This document shows, piece after piece, positions 1 to 10,988 of a stretch of DNA of 64,000 bases. Where the stretch lies: contig CAWBEI010000002.1 of NCBI GenBank assembly GCA_963787835.1, positions 245,486 through 309,485 of the forward strand, written 5' to 3'. The notes under the pieces were generated by a model that saw only the letters and a list, made by a program, of their open reading frames with translations, had not been told where the DNA came from and made no database searches. Every line of letters starts with the position of its first letter. The stretch's first letter is position 1. The translations under genes and the position numbers were made by a program. The DNA is from Ignavibacteriota bacterium. GTDB lineage: Bacteria > Bacteroidota > Ignavibacteria > Palsa-1295.

Positions 1-2
1 TC

Positions 3-938
3 GGCGAGTCCGGCTGTGGCAAAACCACGGCAGGCCGCTCAATTCTTCGACTCATCGAGCCGACAGGCGGATCGGTAAAATTCGAAGGCGAGGAAGTAAC
101 GACGATGAACGCTCACCGTTTGCGTGAAATGCGCCGTCAGATGCAGATCATTTTTCAGGATCCGTATAGCTCGCTCAATCCTCGCATCACGGTTGGTGGA
201 ATGCTTACGGAAATTCTAAAAGTTCACAATCTACGAAAGACCGACGCAGAAAGAAAAGATCGCGTCAACGAATTACTTGAAACGGTAGGTCTCAGTCCCC
301 TTCATGCTCGCCGTTATCCTCATGAGTTTTCCGGCGGTCAGCGTCAGCGCATTGGAATTGCGCGTGCGCTTTCCGTCGAGCCAAAATTTATTGTATGCGA
401 CGAACCTGTTTCAGCGCTCGATGTTTCGATCCAATCGCAAGTCCTGAATCTGCTTATGGACTTGCAGCAACGACTGGAGCTAACCTATCTTTTCATCGCT
501 CATGATCTTTCTGTCGTGAAGCACATTTCCGATCGAGTCGCTGTAATGTATTTGGGCGAGATCGTGGAAATGACGGATTACAAAACCCTTTACGCAGATC
601 CGAAAGCGCCATACACCGAAGCATTACTTTCCGCTGTTCCCGTAGCAAATCCGCGCGTGAAACGCTCTCGTATCGTCCTCACAGGCGATGTTCCATCACC
701 TGCAAATGTGCCGAGTGGTTGTTATTTCCATCCGCGATGTCCCAAGGTGATGCCGGAATGTTCATCCGTGCACCCACTGCTCGCTGAAGAGGAACAGGAC
801 CACGCCGTGCGTTGCATTATTTATCCAAGCAGCTGGCCGCAAGGAAGCAATATTCCCGAGCGCATCAAAAGCGGAGCACAGCAACAAATCTCTAAGCAAG
901 CATCCGCAAAATCGACATCACCGGTCGTGGCGGCATGA
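3..938 (+). CDS. ABC transporter ATP-binding protein, oligopeptide/dipeptide type (OppF/DppF-like), 5' end cut by window edge
   Basis: Frame 3 reads from nt 3 as GESGCGKTT (Walker A), upstream of the listed ATG at 105. It also carries the ABC signature [15 protein letters not shown], Walker [13 protein letters not shown] and the C-terminal GCYFHPRCP motif typical of Opp/Dpp ATPases. Confidence 0.9.
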   Translation, partial: GESGCGKTTAGRSILRLIEPTGGSVKFEGEEVTTMNAHRLREMRRQMQIIFQDPYSSLNPRITVGGMLTEILKVHNLRKTDAERKDRVNELLETVGLSPLHARRYPHEFSGGQRQRIGIARALSVEPKFIVCDEPVSALDVSIQSQVLNLLMDLQQRLELTYLFIAHDLSVVKHISDRVAVMYLGEIVEMTDYKTLYADPKAPYTEALLSAVPVANPRVKRSRIVLTGDVPSPANVPSGCYFHPRCPKVMPECSSVHPLLAEEEQDHAVRCIIYPSSWPQGSNIPERIKSGAQQQISKQASAKSTSPVVAA

Positions 939-1540
939 GTGAGATTCCCATCGCAGAAAAAGATCCCATAGCGAAATACCGCGCTAAGGACGACCTCTTC
1001 ACGCCGTCCAACCTCATTAGCCTGATGCGGGTGATGTTCGTGATGCCGGCGATCTTTTGCATCATGGCGCAGCTTTATTTTCTGGTAGCTGCGATCTTCG
1101 TCGCTGCGGTGCTTACCGATCTGCTCGATGGAATTATAGCTCGCCGCACGGATTCCGTTACGGAACTTGGCAAGATCGTCGATCCGCTCGCAGACAAAAT
1201 TTTCATTGGGTTGGTTGTAATCACGATGGCATTCTATGGCCTGATCCCCATCTGGTTTATCCTTATCATTTTAGCGCGCGACGCTGTAATACTTGCTGGT
1301 GGCGTGTGGGCAAAGAAGAAATTAGGAGTTGTGCTACCTTCGAATTATCCGGGAAAGATTGCAGTGATAACGATCGCGCTTACATTGTTTCTCATTATCA
1401 TTCGAGCTGGAATTTCAGGAGATACGAGTGTGCTTCTGCAAGTGATCGTCTATCTCGAATGGTTAAGCGTGGCCCTGATGGCGCTTTCGTTGTGGGTGTA
1501 TGGAAGACGATTAGCAGTGTTGCTGGCTGTTGCGAAATAA
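935..1540 (+). CDS. CDP-alcohol phosphatidyltransferase family protein (PgsA-like)
   Basis: Contains the motif [27 protein letters not shown], which fits D-x2-DG-x2-AR...G-x3-D-x3-D. The protein is multi-pass hydrophobic, and its start overlaps the upstream stop as ATGA. Confidence 0.85.
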   Translation: MSEIPIAEKDPIAKYRAKDDLFTPSNLISLMRVMFVMPAIFCIMAQLYFLVAAIFVAAVLTDLLDGIIARRTDSVTELGKIVDPLADKIFIGLVVITMAFYGLIPIWFILIILARDAVILAGGVWAKKKLGVVLPSNYPGKIAVITIALTLFLIIIRAGISGDTSVLLQVIVYLEWLSVALMALSLWVYGRRLAVLLAVAK

Positions 1541-1558
1541 ATTTTCTCGCTCTCTAGC

Positions 1559-1870
1559 TCATAAATATTGGAATGCTACCAACGCAAGTCCTGAGAGAAG
1601 AATAGACACCACAAGACTCCACAATAGTAGATTCATTAGAGATGAGTTCTGCGCCCGAAGTGCCAAGTTTCCCATCCCGATCATGAATGTCGGCATCATT
1701 ATTGCGACAGTATGATCAATCATCGATGGTTTTGCTGCAGTTCCGTAAATAATTGGTGGTAATAACTTCATGATCAGAATCATCGGAAAATAAAGCATGG
1801 CAAAGCATGCCATCATTTTCATTACAAGACCACTTGGAAGTGTTTTATCTGTCTTTGGGTAGTTACTCAT
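1559..1870 (-). CDS. hypothetical small membrane protein (103 aa)
   Basis: I used the internal ATG at 1870 (MSNYPKTDK...) because the part of ORF 1559..2017 upstream of it overlaps the previous gene and is not membrane-like. Hydrophobic segments are MMACFAMLYFPMILIM and LLLWSLVVSILLSGLALVAF. Confidence 0.45.
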   Translation of the reverse strand: MSNYPKTDKTLPSGLVMKMMACFAMLYFPMILIMKLLPPIIYGTAAKPSMIDHTVAIMMPTFMIGMGNLALRAQNSSLMNLLLWSLVVSILLSGLALVAFQYL

Positions 1871-1872
1871 AG

Positions 1873-2175
1873 TTATTTGAGTGTCGATTGAAAGTATGAA
1901 AACAAAATTATCATACCAAGATTGAGGGCAGGAAAAAGCGTTACACTCGATATCATTATTATCTGTTGCCTTTTCTTCGTTAAGGTGGCATATTGGGAAA
2001 GTGCTGGGTGAAGCCACGCTTGGTTTAGCATGATGACCAGAATAAAAATCATCTTGTCCTTTCCCATAAATTGCGGCCAGAGACCGAGGGATTTTAAAAT
2101 TAATCCCATGAGTATTAAGGTTACAACCGTTGCAGCATTCAAAAGGAGTTCGGTTTTCTCATAGTATTTTAACAT
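1873..2175 (-). CDS. hypothetical small membrane protein (100 aa)
   Basis: The ORF has hydrophobic helices (AATVVTLILMGLIL, LFPALNLGMIILFSYF). Its TAA stop lies 2 nt before the ATG of the next small membrane ORF, and it sits in an AT-rich stretch. Confidence 0.45.
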   Translation of the reverse strand: MLKYYEKTELLLNAATVVTLILMGLILKSLGLWPQFMGKDKMIFILVIMLNQAWLHPALSQYATLTKKRQQIIMISSVTLFPALNLGMIILFSYFQSTLK

Positions 2176-2283
2176 AGCGAGATAAACAAGACAATGACAA
2201 AAAATAGCACATCAAGCTTAAGTCGCTTAGAAAACAAGCTGGTTTGAAGCTTTAATCCCTCGTCGTTTGTTCTTTTCAAACTA

Positions 2284-3258
2284 ATGGGATTTTTCGATAA
2301 CTTTAAGCTTTCGAAGCTCCGCGAGGGGCTGCAAAAATCGCACGACGAGTTCGTGCGAAAGATCAACCGCATCTTCTATCAATCGCGAAAGATCGATGAT
2401 GAATTGATGGCGGAGATCGAGGAAACGCTTCTGCTATCGGATGTTGGCGTTACCACGACCGAGCGCATCATGTCGCATCTTGTCGATGAGATGCAGTTCA
2501 AGAAATGGTCGGAAGCATCACAACTTCGAGATGAACTTCGGAAGCAGCTTTCCGAAGCCATTTATAACCCTCTCTCCGAGAATGGCTCCTCAAATGCCAA
2601 ACTGGAGTCGGCCAAACCTCATGTCATCATGGTGATCGGCGTCAATGGCGTCGGAAAAACAACAACCATCGGTAAACTCGCCTTTAATTATCGCAATGAT
2701 GGCAAGCGTGTTATCATCGGAGCTGCAGATACCTTTCGAGCGGCAGCAAATCAGCAGTTGGAGGTTTGGGCCGAGCGTGCTGGCGTCGATATCGTGCAGC
2801 AACATCCTGGCGCAGATCCATCCGCAGTAGCATACGACACGCTCCAATCGGCGATCGGTAAAGATGCCGATGTCGTCCTTATCGACACCGCAGGCCGCTT
2901 GCATAATAAACAAAATCTGATGGCCGAGCTTGAAAAAATGACGCGCGTCATGCGAAAGCTCATGCCAGAAGTTCCCCACGAAATTCTGCTCGTGCTCGAT
3001 GCAACCACGGGACAGAACGCGCTTCAGCAAGCACGAGAATTTACAAAAGTCGCTCCGATAACCGGTATCGTGCTTACAAAACTTGATGGCACTGCGAAAG
3101 GCGGAATTGTCATCGCGCTCACGAACGAGCTTCGTGTGCCTGTGCGTTATATCGGAGTCGGTGAAAAGATTGGCGATCTCCAGCCATTCGATTCCGAAGA
3201 ATTTGCGAAGGCCATGTTCGGAGATGCGATGTTTCAAACGGAAGAAGAAGTAGCCTAA
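2284..3258 (+). CDS. ftsY: signal recognition particle receptor FtsY
   Basis: SRP-GTPase motifs are present: GVNGVGKTTTIGKLA (G1), DTAGRLH (G3), TKLDGTAKGG (G4). Length and N-terminal helical domain are typical. Confidence 0.95.
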   Translation: MGFFDNFKLSKLREGLQKSHDEFVRKINRIFYQSRKIDDELMAEIEETLLLSDVGVTTTERIMSHLVDEMQFKKWSEASQLRDELRKQLSEAIYNPLSENGSSNAKLESAKPHVIMVIGVNGVGKTTTIGKLAFNYRNDGKRVIIGAADTFRAAANQQLEVWAERAGVDIVQQHPGADPSAVAYDTLQSAIGKDADVVLIDTAGRLHNKQNLMAELEKMTRVMRKLMPEVPHEILLVLDATTGQNALQQAREFTKVAPITGIVLTKLDGTAKGGIVIALTNELRVPVRYIGVGEKIGDLQPFDSEEFAKAMFGDAMFQTEEEVA

Positions 3259-3265
3259 CGGCATC

Positions 3266-5170
3266 ATGTCCATCGTTAAACGATTACCCGATTCCATTTC
3301 GCAGAAGATCGCGGCCGGCGAGGTCGTGACAAGGCCGGAGTCTGTCGTAAAAGAGTTGGTGGAGAACTCGCTCGATGCTGGCGCGAAAAATATCACCATC
3401 ATTCTGAAAGATGCTGGCAGAACGCTCATTCAAATTGTCGATGATGGTGCAGGAATGTCCCGCGAGGATGCGCGCACATCCATTGAACGTCACGCCACAT
3501 CCAAACTTACTACAATAGACGACCTTGAACATCTCACCACCTATGGTTTTCGTGGCGAGGCGCTAGCTGCGATTGCATCTGTCTCAAAATTTGAGATGCT
3601 TACGCGGCCCTCACGCGAAGAATTAGGCACACTTATCCAAGTAGAAGGAAGTATTCTCCGTTCGTGCGAATCAACAGCATGTGATGAGGGAACTTCCATT
3701 TCGGTACGAAATATCTTTTTCAATATTCCTGCACGCCGTAAGTTTATGAAGACCGAGGCGACAGAATTCAAGCACGTCGTCGATACGGTCACAAAATGTG
3801 CTCTTGCACATAGCGATGTGCATTTTATTTTCGTCTCCGATGGCGATCTGATCTTCGATCTGCCCGCGCTTGTGCCATTGCCAGAACGCATCGAGCAAAT
3901 TTTTGGCAACCGCCTGCGCGGTGCCTTGCTTCCAGTCGAACGTGTCTCACCTCAATTGCATGTTCATGGATTTATCAGTGCGCCAAGCTTTGTAAAGCGT
4001 GTTCGGACCGAGCAATTTTTCTTTGTCAATAATCGACCAATCTCTTCACGCAGTCTTTCCTATGCCGTCGCAAGCGCGTATGAGCATTTGGTCGAGAAAG
4101 GGGCATTCCCATCCACGTTCCTTTTCCTTACGATCGATCCATCGCACATCGATGTGAATGTGCATCCCCAAAAACTGGAAGTGAAGTTCGAGGATGAACG
4201 CAGCGTTACCGAAGAAGTCCGTCGTGCCTTGCAGGAAGCGCTGACACGCGCAACGCAAGCCACAGCAAAAGAAGGCGCGCTTGCGCCTGATATGGCCATG
4301 CCGGATGCTATTAACACATCTTCCGATCCTGCAAGAATGCGGTTCCCAGATTATGCCACTGCTCCAAATGGAAATGGCCGATCGACGGCGACCGTTGCAA
4401 GAAGTGTTCCAGATACCGGCGGCTTAGGCACGCTGGAACGTCTCTTTGGTGGGAAACCAGATGATCTATTCCGCGGAAAAGCTATTGATACGCTCCCCGC
4501 AACATCACCCGCAATACTTGCACGACCAGCAGTTGAACATACTGGACTTGCTGCCGAGGTATTGAAAGACAAGCCTGTTCTCTGGCAGCTTCACAATAAA
4601 TATATCTTTTCCCAGATTAAGTCGGGATTGATGATCGTCGATCAGCATGTAGCGCATGAGCGTATTCTCTACGAGCGTGCATTGCGGTCAATGGAGGATA
4701 ACAATCCTGCCTCACAGCAATTATTGTTCCCACGCCATTTGGATCTGTTGCCACGCGAGATGGCGCTCGTTCGCGAATTGCTTCCGGAACTCGAAAAGAT
4801 CGGGTTCCAACTCCGGTTCTTCGGCGGATCGAGCATTATTATCGATGGCATTCCAGCCGATGTTCGAGCCGGACGCGAAGAAGGAATTTTACGCGAAGTC
4901 CTTGAAGGCTATGATGAATATGGCGAAAATCGCACGATACCAAGCCGCGATGCCCTTGCCGCTACTTTCTCCTGCAAAGCTGCTATCAAAGCCGGGGATA
5001 AACTCGGTCAGGAGGAAATGCACATCCTGATCGAGCAGCTATTCGAAACGCAAATGCCTTACGTGTGCCCGCACGGACGTCCAATCGTCATCAAGCTTGC
5101 CATCGATGAGCTTGACCGGCGATTTGGAAGATCGCCGGTCGAAAGTCTTGCAAAAGCTGAAGCTGCATAG
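3266..5170 (+). CDS. mutL: DNA mismatch repair endonuclease MutL
   Basis: The N-terminal GHKL ATPase motifs are IAAGEVVTRPESVVKELVENSLDAGA and DDGAGM. The C-terminal dimerisation/endonuclease region contains DQHVAHERILYE and CPHGRP. Confidence 0.95.
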   Translation: MSIVKRLPDSISQKIAAGEVVTRPESVVKELVENSLDAGAKNITIILKDAGRTLIQIVDDGAGMSREDARTSIERHATSKLTTIDDLEHLTTYGFRGEALAAIASVSKFEMLTRPSREELGTLIQVEGSILRSCESTACDEGTSISVRNIFFNIPARRKFMKTEATEFKHVVDTVTKCALAHSDVHFIFVSDGDLIFDLPALVPLPERIEQIFGNRLRGALLPVERVSPQLHVHGFISAPSFVKRVRTEQFFFVNNRPISSRSLSYAVASAYEHLVEKGAFPSTFLFLTIDPSHIDVNVHPQKLEVKFEDERSVTEEVRRALQEALTRATQATAKEGALAPDMAMPDAINTSSDPARMRFPDYATAPNGNGRSTATVARSVPDTGGLGTLERLFGGKPDDLFRGKAIDTLPATSPAILARPAVEHTGLAAEVLKDKPVLWQLHNKYIFSQIKSGLMIVDQHVAHERILYERALRSMEDNNPASQQLLFPRHLDLLPREMALVRELLPELEKIGFQLRFFGGSSIIIDGIPADVRAGREEGILREVLEGYDEYGENRTIPSRDALAATFSCKAAIKAGDKLGQEEMHILIEQLFETQMPYVCPHGRPIVIKLAIDELDRRFGRSPVESLAKAEAA

Positions 5171-5172
5171 AA

Positions 5173-5934
5173 CTACTGCACCTGAATTAGCTGTACGATC
5201 TGACCGGGAGCAGCTTGACCTGCGACGGACGTTGGGTGGAAAATATTAAGTACTTGCCCATATTGCGCCGATACATACGTATCCACAGGGCCACGGGCTT
5301 GGATAAGGCCTGCGTTGAAGTTCACGATATGCACCGAATGCTTCGCTGAGATGGGTGAATTGGTAGCAGTCTGCTCATTAGGTTTCACTAAAGTGTCGAA
5401 CGTGGTGTCGTTCAATTCTGTAACGGAATCCGTAAGCAGAGGCGTTGCGCTGCCTATCGTTATTGTGGTATCGGCGGCGATCCATTTTTCACTGTCAGTC
5501 GCAGCGAGCTTTGCCTGAAGAACCCATCCCCCGATGATCGGCTTTTGGTGATTGTATGCAAGAACCGCTGCATTTTTGTTCAGCGATTCCAGGCCATAAT
5601 TATAATGCCAGTAATTTCCGGAATCCTGCGCGATGTACGTCGTGTCAACGGAGACTGGATTCGTGTGGGTATTCTGGATAACAGTTACATTCGACTTCCC
5701 TTGATAAACGGTATCCGTCGTAAGTACCCTGGAGGTAATAGTATCTCCTGAGCCAGGGATGGGTTCGCCGGTGGTGGCATTCAGGTTTTGTGCATAATAC
5801 ACATAGGCACTTCCGGCAACATAATTCACCTGCGGAGTTGTGGGTGTGCTCGGAGGAGGGGTTGGGCTGTTGCTGCATCCACCTGCAATTGTTAAAATAA
5901 GAGAGCCAAGAATGGCAAAATACGATCGTTTCAT
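5173..5934 (-). CDS. hypothetical lipoprotein
   Basis: ATG at 5934 gives MKRSYFAILGSLILTIAGGCSNS, a lipobox followed by a Pro/Thr linker. I recognise no family. Confidence 0.6.
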   Translation of the reverse strand: MKRSYFAILGSLILTIAGGCSNSPTPPPSTPTTPQVNYVAGSAYVYYAQNLNATTGEPIPGSGDTITSRVLTTDTVYQGKSNVTVIQNTHTNPVSVDTTYIAQDSGNYWHYNYGLESLNKNAAVLAYNHQKPIIGGWVLQAKLAATDSEKWIAADTTITIGSATPLLTDSVTELNDTTFDTLVKPNEQTATNSPISAKHSVHIVNFNAGLIQARGPVDTYVSAQYGQVLNIFHPTSVAGQAAPGQIVQLIQVQ

Positions 5935-6104
5935 CTGATTTTGATAAATTTTAATAAGGTCTGTTATATTAATAACTCGTTTCGAGGTCAAAAGTTACAC
6001 CATGAACTACTAATCAGACTCTGGCGTCCTGAATCGAAACAGTATTCTATTGCCTCCGTAACTTCTGAATCTGCAAAATCAGACTCATTTTCCCCTTTTC
6101 CATC

Positions 6105-6833
6105 ATGAAAACGTCGCGAATTGCCTGCATACTTCTTATGCTTCCGCTTACCAGTTGCATGAAACTCTCTTCGGCACTCTTGCATAGCTATTCCGGCGAT
6201 GGAAAGATCTCGGTTGATACTCGCCCCGTCGAATCCTTTAGTGCAGTGGATCTGGAAGGAGCCTACGATGTGATACTCGTTCAGGGACCAATATCCGAGG
6301 TCAGTATCGAGACGGATAATAACCTGCTTACTCATATTACCAGCACTGTCGAAAAAGGCAAGCTCACCGTCAGTTCTGAGGGAATACTCAGTCCAACGAA
6401 AAGCATAAAAGTTACCATAACAAGCCCGAATTTTCGAGCGATCGATATTGAAGGTTCCTCCGATATTTCTGCCTCGACGCCAATTACCTCGGACGATCTA
6501 ACGCTCCAGCTTGAAGGCTCCGGCGATTACAATCTGGAGGTTCATGCCAAGCACTTGCACTCCCAGATCGAAGGATCGGGCTCCATGATGCTCGTCGGCG
6601 ATGTGCAGAGTCATTCTATAGAGATCGATGGCTCCGGCGACCTCTCCTGCAAAAAGCTCCTTGCTGATTCCACGAAGATTGAAGTCGCAGGATCCGGTGA
6701 TGCCGACGTGAACGTCGCGAAGCGGCTCGAAGCCTCGATCGCTGGCTCCGGGAGCGTCCGCTACCAGGGCGCGGTGACAGATGTTCACACCAGCATCACC
6801 GGCAGCGGATCGATCGATCGCGAGACGAAATAG
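6105..6833 (+). CDS. lipoprotein with GSGD-repeat beta-helix, DUF2807-like (putative auto-transporter adhesin head GIN domain)
   Basis: The N-terminus has an LPLTSC lipobox. GSG(D/S) motifs repeat about every 22 aa (IEGSGSMML, IDGSGDLSC, VAGSGDADV, IAGSGSVRY), which is typical of that family as I remember it. Confidence 0.65.
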   Translation: MKTSRIACILLMLPLTSCMKLSSALLHSYSGDGKISVDTRPVESFSAVDLEGAYDVILVQGPISEVSIETDNNLLTHITSTVEKGKLTVSSEGILSPTKSIKVTITSPNFRAIDIEGSSDISASTPITSDDLTLQLEGSGDYNLEVHAKHLHSQIEGSGSMMLVGDVQSHSIEIDGSGDLSCKKLLADSTKIEVAGSGDADVNVAKRLEASIAGSGSVRYQGAVTDVHTSITGSGSIDRETK

Positions 6834-6834
6834 T

Positions 6835-6853
6835 CAGCAATTACCCATTGCTG
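6835..6853. terminator. bidirectional hairpin between convergent genes
   Basis: CAGCAAT-taccc-ATTGCTG forms a perfect 7-bp stem in the 26-bp gap between the DUF2807-like stop and the mdh stop. The U-tract is weak. Confidence 0.4.
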
Positions 6854-6859
6854 GACGCG

Positions 6860-7792
<933 letters not shown>

Positions 7793-8254
7793 CTAAATTT
7801 AAATGGTGAGGACCAATTCCTTCACTACAAAAATACGAAGAGAAAGTAGCTACCGCCTGCAGACCAAGCTTTAAATTCATGCTCCCATGTTTCCTCCAAG
7901 AAATAGGTGCCATTTCTTTTTCTTGCTGAGTTCCCGATGGTCCCTGTCTCACCCTCGTTCCTGAGCCAATTTCCCGCATTTGTTCCAACGAGTATTCATA
8001 ATGCCACTTCCTAAAGAACTTGTTCATAATGAAACCCATCGCCGCTCTCTATTTTCAAAGAACTCCCCATCCTTCCCTAATCCTGAAAATCCTGTAAATC
8101 GTGGTCTAATTCTTACCTCTTACTTCTTACTTGAAATAGGTGCCCATCAAAACACATACTAATATACACACTTGGAATGGCATTGTCAAGCGTTTTTAAA
8201 AAGAATCTGGAAAAGAATCGTTTGGGCAATACACCCGCTCACTCTTCCAAGAGC

Positions 8255-9592
8255 TTACAACTCGTACACCGAAATACTCACATTGGAAATAGTCACCGGA
8301 CCAGAACCATCGGTATTTTGCACGGACATATCGATCCAGATCTTCGCGGTCTGCTTCGTCGTGATAATTCCACTCAGCGAAAAAGGAAATTGGTTGACGT
8401 TATTGTGTGATTCCTGTAATTGTGCCGCCCCCAACGTTGTGCCCGTTGCTGTGACGCCATTGCCAGGTGCAGGAAACGTCGTTCCATACCGAAGCTGTAA
8501 GGAGCTTTGGTTTGGTGACGTACCCGATGTATTCAGCACGCTACCGGAGATGATGATAAAAAATAAACCGCTTCCTCCGGGGGTAATCGTGGCTGTACCA
8601 CCCAATCCCATCATCACGGCAGACGTGCTTGTGGTGGAAGCGGGATTCGATGGTGTGAACTGACCCACATTTACTGTGGCATTAGTAAAACTCGTTCCAT
8701 TCGACTGCAGCACCTGACCGGCCGATCCAGACGTAGAAGGAAACGCAGTAGAGGTTGGAACATACGCTGTCCCATTTCCTTCAAGGATGTAGCCTGTCGT
8801 CCCTGTGCCGTTGATCTTAAACCCCGTGGCAACATTAAGCACCCCAGCACCAGGATCTTTAGGGGTGGTAATGCCGAGCGTTGCGCCGCCGCTTGCATAC
8901 AGATCAAAATCGGACGCATAACCGCCATTATCTTGATTGTCCGAAATATCGAGATAGGAGGAATCGGTACTGGATGACGAAGTAAACGGGATGAGCTGCA
9001 TGATCCAGTCCACCGGCTCATTCGTACCGCCCCACCCTTGCCCGTGCATGTGCAAGCGTGGCGACCACTGTTGAAGTGACGATGTCGCGGCGGTGGTATT
9101 GCTCAAAACAAGAGCATCCACCGGTGCTGCGAGTGTTGAGGTCTCAGAAACATCCTGAGCAACCGTCCAGGTGTTCGCATGAGGAAGATCGATCTCAAGT
9201 GGCGTGGGCGAAATACCCTTTCCGGTGAGCGTGGTGCCATCCACATTCAACGTGGTCCACGAAGTGGTGGTACCGTTCGAGGTAATGAATTGATTCGGCG
9301 AACCGGCACCATAACTATAAACGGGATTCGTCACCACCCACGAAAGGTTACCAGAGCCATCGTTGGTGAGAAACCCGTTCGCAACTTCGGTGGCTGGCAA
9401 AATGAAAGAATATGGGGCAGTCAGCGTGGGGGCGGCGAGCGTCACAGTCGCTGTTGTACTCGACCCAGTTCCCGCAAGAACAAGGGATTTAGCATACGTT
9501 TTATCATAGACCTGCGCGGACGCATACGGCATGCCGCACGTCATGAGGATGCAAAAAACCGCCAGTGCAAAAAGAGGGATCGTGTACTTCAT
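8255..9592 (-). CDS. secreted fibre-like protein, paralog A (class-1 head)
   Basis: The signal peptide ends ...MPYASA and is followed by QVYDKTYAKS. The shared N-module is SLVLAGTGSS..VTLAAP..FILPAT..NDGSGNLSW. The central block SPRLHMHGQGWGG..VDWIMQLIP is shared with B and C. The C-terminus ends ..IWIDMSV..VSISVYEL. Confidence 0.9.
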   Translation of the reverse strand: MKYTIPLFALAVFCILMTCGMPYASAQVYDKTYAKSLVLAGTGSSTTATVTLAAPTLTAPYSFILPATEVANGFLTNDGSGNLSWVVTNPVYSYGAGSPNQFITSNGTTTSWTTLNVDGTTLTGKGISPTPLEIDLPHANTWTVAQDVSETSTLAAPVDALVLSNTTAATSSLQQWSPRLHMHGQGWGGTNEPVDWIMQLIPFTSSSSTDSSYLDISDNQDNGGYASDFDLYASGGATLGITTPKDPGAGVLNVATGFKINGTGTTGYILEGNGTAYVPTSTAFPSTSGSAGQVLQSNGTSFTNATVNVGQFTPSNPASTTSTSAVMMGLGGTATITPGGSGLFFIIISGSVLNTSGTSPNQSSLQLRYGTTFPAPGNGVTATGTTLGAAQLQESHNNVNQFPFSLSGIITTKQTAKIWIDMSVQNTDGSGPVTISNVSISVYEL

Positions 9593-9596
9593 GTCG

Positions 9597-10982
9597 CTAT
9601 TCTAATTCTACAATGGAAATAACGACACCGGTAAGCTGTGCATCGATAGGAGTTCCACCGGTGTAGATGGATGTAAGTGCGGGATCGACCCAATACGTGT
9701 TGCCAACGGTTAGTCCCGTAACAATGGCATTCAAGGTAAAGAACCATACGTTGTCGCCATTTGCCATGGTGGCCGTAATAGTGCTCCCGACGGCCGTACC
9801 CGAGTACGTTCCGTTTGCAGCATAGCCGTTGGCTGGTGGATAGTTGGTCCCCGTTGGGCCATAATGGATCTGGGCGCTCTCCCCAAAACCATCGGCAGTA
9901 GGATAGCCTTGTGGGAGGGTCATATTGCCAGTGATAAGGATCAGTACAACACCGCTGCCAGCAGGAGTGAACTGAGCCGTACTTCCTAAACCCATCATGA
10001 CCCCGGTCGTATTGTTCGTTGTTTCCGCTGGATTCGTCGAGATCGTATATTGATGGTTGTATGGGAAGGCCGAGGTAAATCCACCCGTGGTGTTCGAAAA
10101 GATCACATTTCCTGCGCTGCCTGCAGTCGTCGGAAAGGTTGCTGATGAAGCGACGTAATCGGTCCCATTCCCAACGAGTACCTTGCCGGTACCGGCAGCG
10201 CCACCGATCTGCAAGCCCGTTCCAACATTGAGAATCCCCGCTCCCGGATCGGTGGGAGAAGTGATGCCCAACGTTGCGCCTCCACTGGCGAACACATCGA
10301 AACCACTCACATACGCTCCGCCATTCAGAGAATGTTCGAAATCGAGATACGAGGTCGTTGGGCTTGTGGATTCACTGATCGGCACAGCCTGAATGATCCA
10401 GTCTGCGGATTGACTGGCTGCGGCCCACCCCTGGCCGGTAAAATGCACCCGAGGTGCGTATTCCTGCGTGCCGGATGCCGCAGTGGTGGTATTCTCCAAC
10501 AGGAGTGCATCCACCGGACTGGCTGCTGTTGATGTCAATGAAACGGTCTGAGCAGCAGACCACAAATTGCTGTGCGCAAGGTTCAGTGCTAGGTTCGACG
10601 TAATTCCATTGCCCGTGAGCAAGGCATCCGTCGAGAATGCAGTCCACCCGACAACACTGCTGTTGTTGGTAGTTGAAAACGTGTTGGCCGTTCCTGGGGT
10701 TAGGTCCGTGACGGGGGTGGGAATCACCCAGCTACATCCGCCGGTCGTGGTATTCGTAATCTGAAGCACTCCGCTGGCATTCGTGCCAGGGAACATGACA
10801 GGAATGCTTGCGCTCAAGGTCGGGGAAGAGATCGTCAGGGTATTCGTAAGATCCGTTCCGTTCCCAGCAAGCGTGATCGATTTCGCATACATCTTATCGA
10901 ACGCTTGCGCATAACTCCCCTGGCTCGTGCCAAGCAGAATGAGCACAATGGCTGCGACTCCAATAATGATCTTATGCGTCAT
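9597..10982 (-). CDS. secreted fibre-like protein, paralog B (class-1 head)
   Basis: Lies 4 nt downstream of... rather, its stop is 4 nt upstream of the A start. The signal peptide ends ..GSYA and is followed by QAFDKMYAKSITLAGNGTD. It has APRVHFTGQGWAA..ADWIIQAVP and a head ending TYWVDPAL..VVISIVELE. Confidence 0.9.
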   Translation of the reverse strand: MTHKIIIGVAAIVLILLGTSQGSYAQAFDKMYAKSITLAGNGTDLTNTLTISSPTLSASIPVMFPGTNASGVLQITNTTTGGCSWVIPTPVTDLTPGTANTFSTTNNSSVVGWTAFSTDALLTGNGITSNLALNLAHSNLWSAAQTVSLTSTAASPVDALLLENTTTAASGTQEYAPRVHFTGQGWAAASQSADWIIQAVPISESTSPTTSYLDFEHSLNGGAYVSGFDVFASGGATLGITSPTDPGAGILNVGTGLQIGGAAGTGKVLVGNGTDYVASSATFPTTAGSAGNVIFSNTTGGFTSAFPYNHQYTISTNPAETTNNTTGVMMGLGSTAQFTPAGSGVVLILITGNMTLPQGYPTADGFGESAQIHYGPTGTNYPPANGYAANGTYSGTAVGSTITATMANGDNVWFFTLNAIVTGLTVGNTYWVDPALTSIYTGGTPIDAQLTGVVISIVELE

Positions 10983-10988
10983 GGCCGT

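Noticed and set aside
1057-1557. 166-aa plus-strand ORF overlapping the pgsA-like gene in another frame
   Set aside because: It lies entirely within a gene that has a clear catalytic motif, and its translation is Arg/Trp/Cys-rich with no features. It is an alternative-frame artefact.
5988-6335. 115-aa minus-strand ORF overlapping the start of the DUF2807-like gene
   Set aside because: It overlaps a better-supported lipoprotein gene on the other strand and has no signal, motif or plausible start context.
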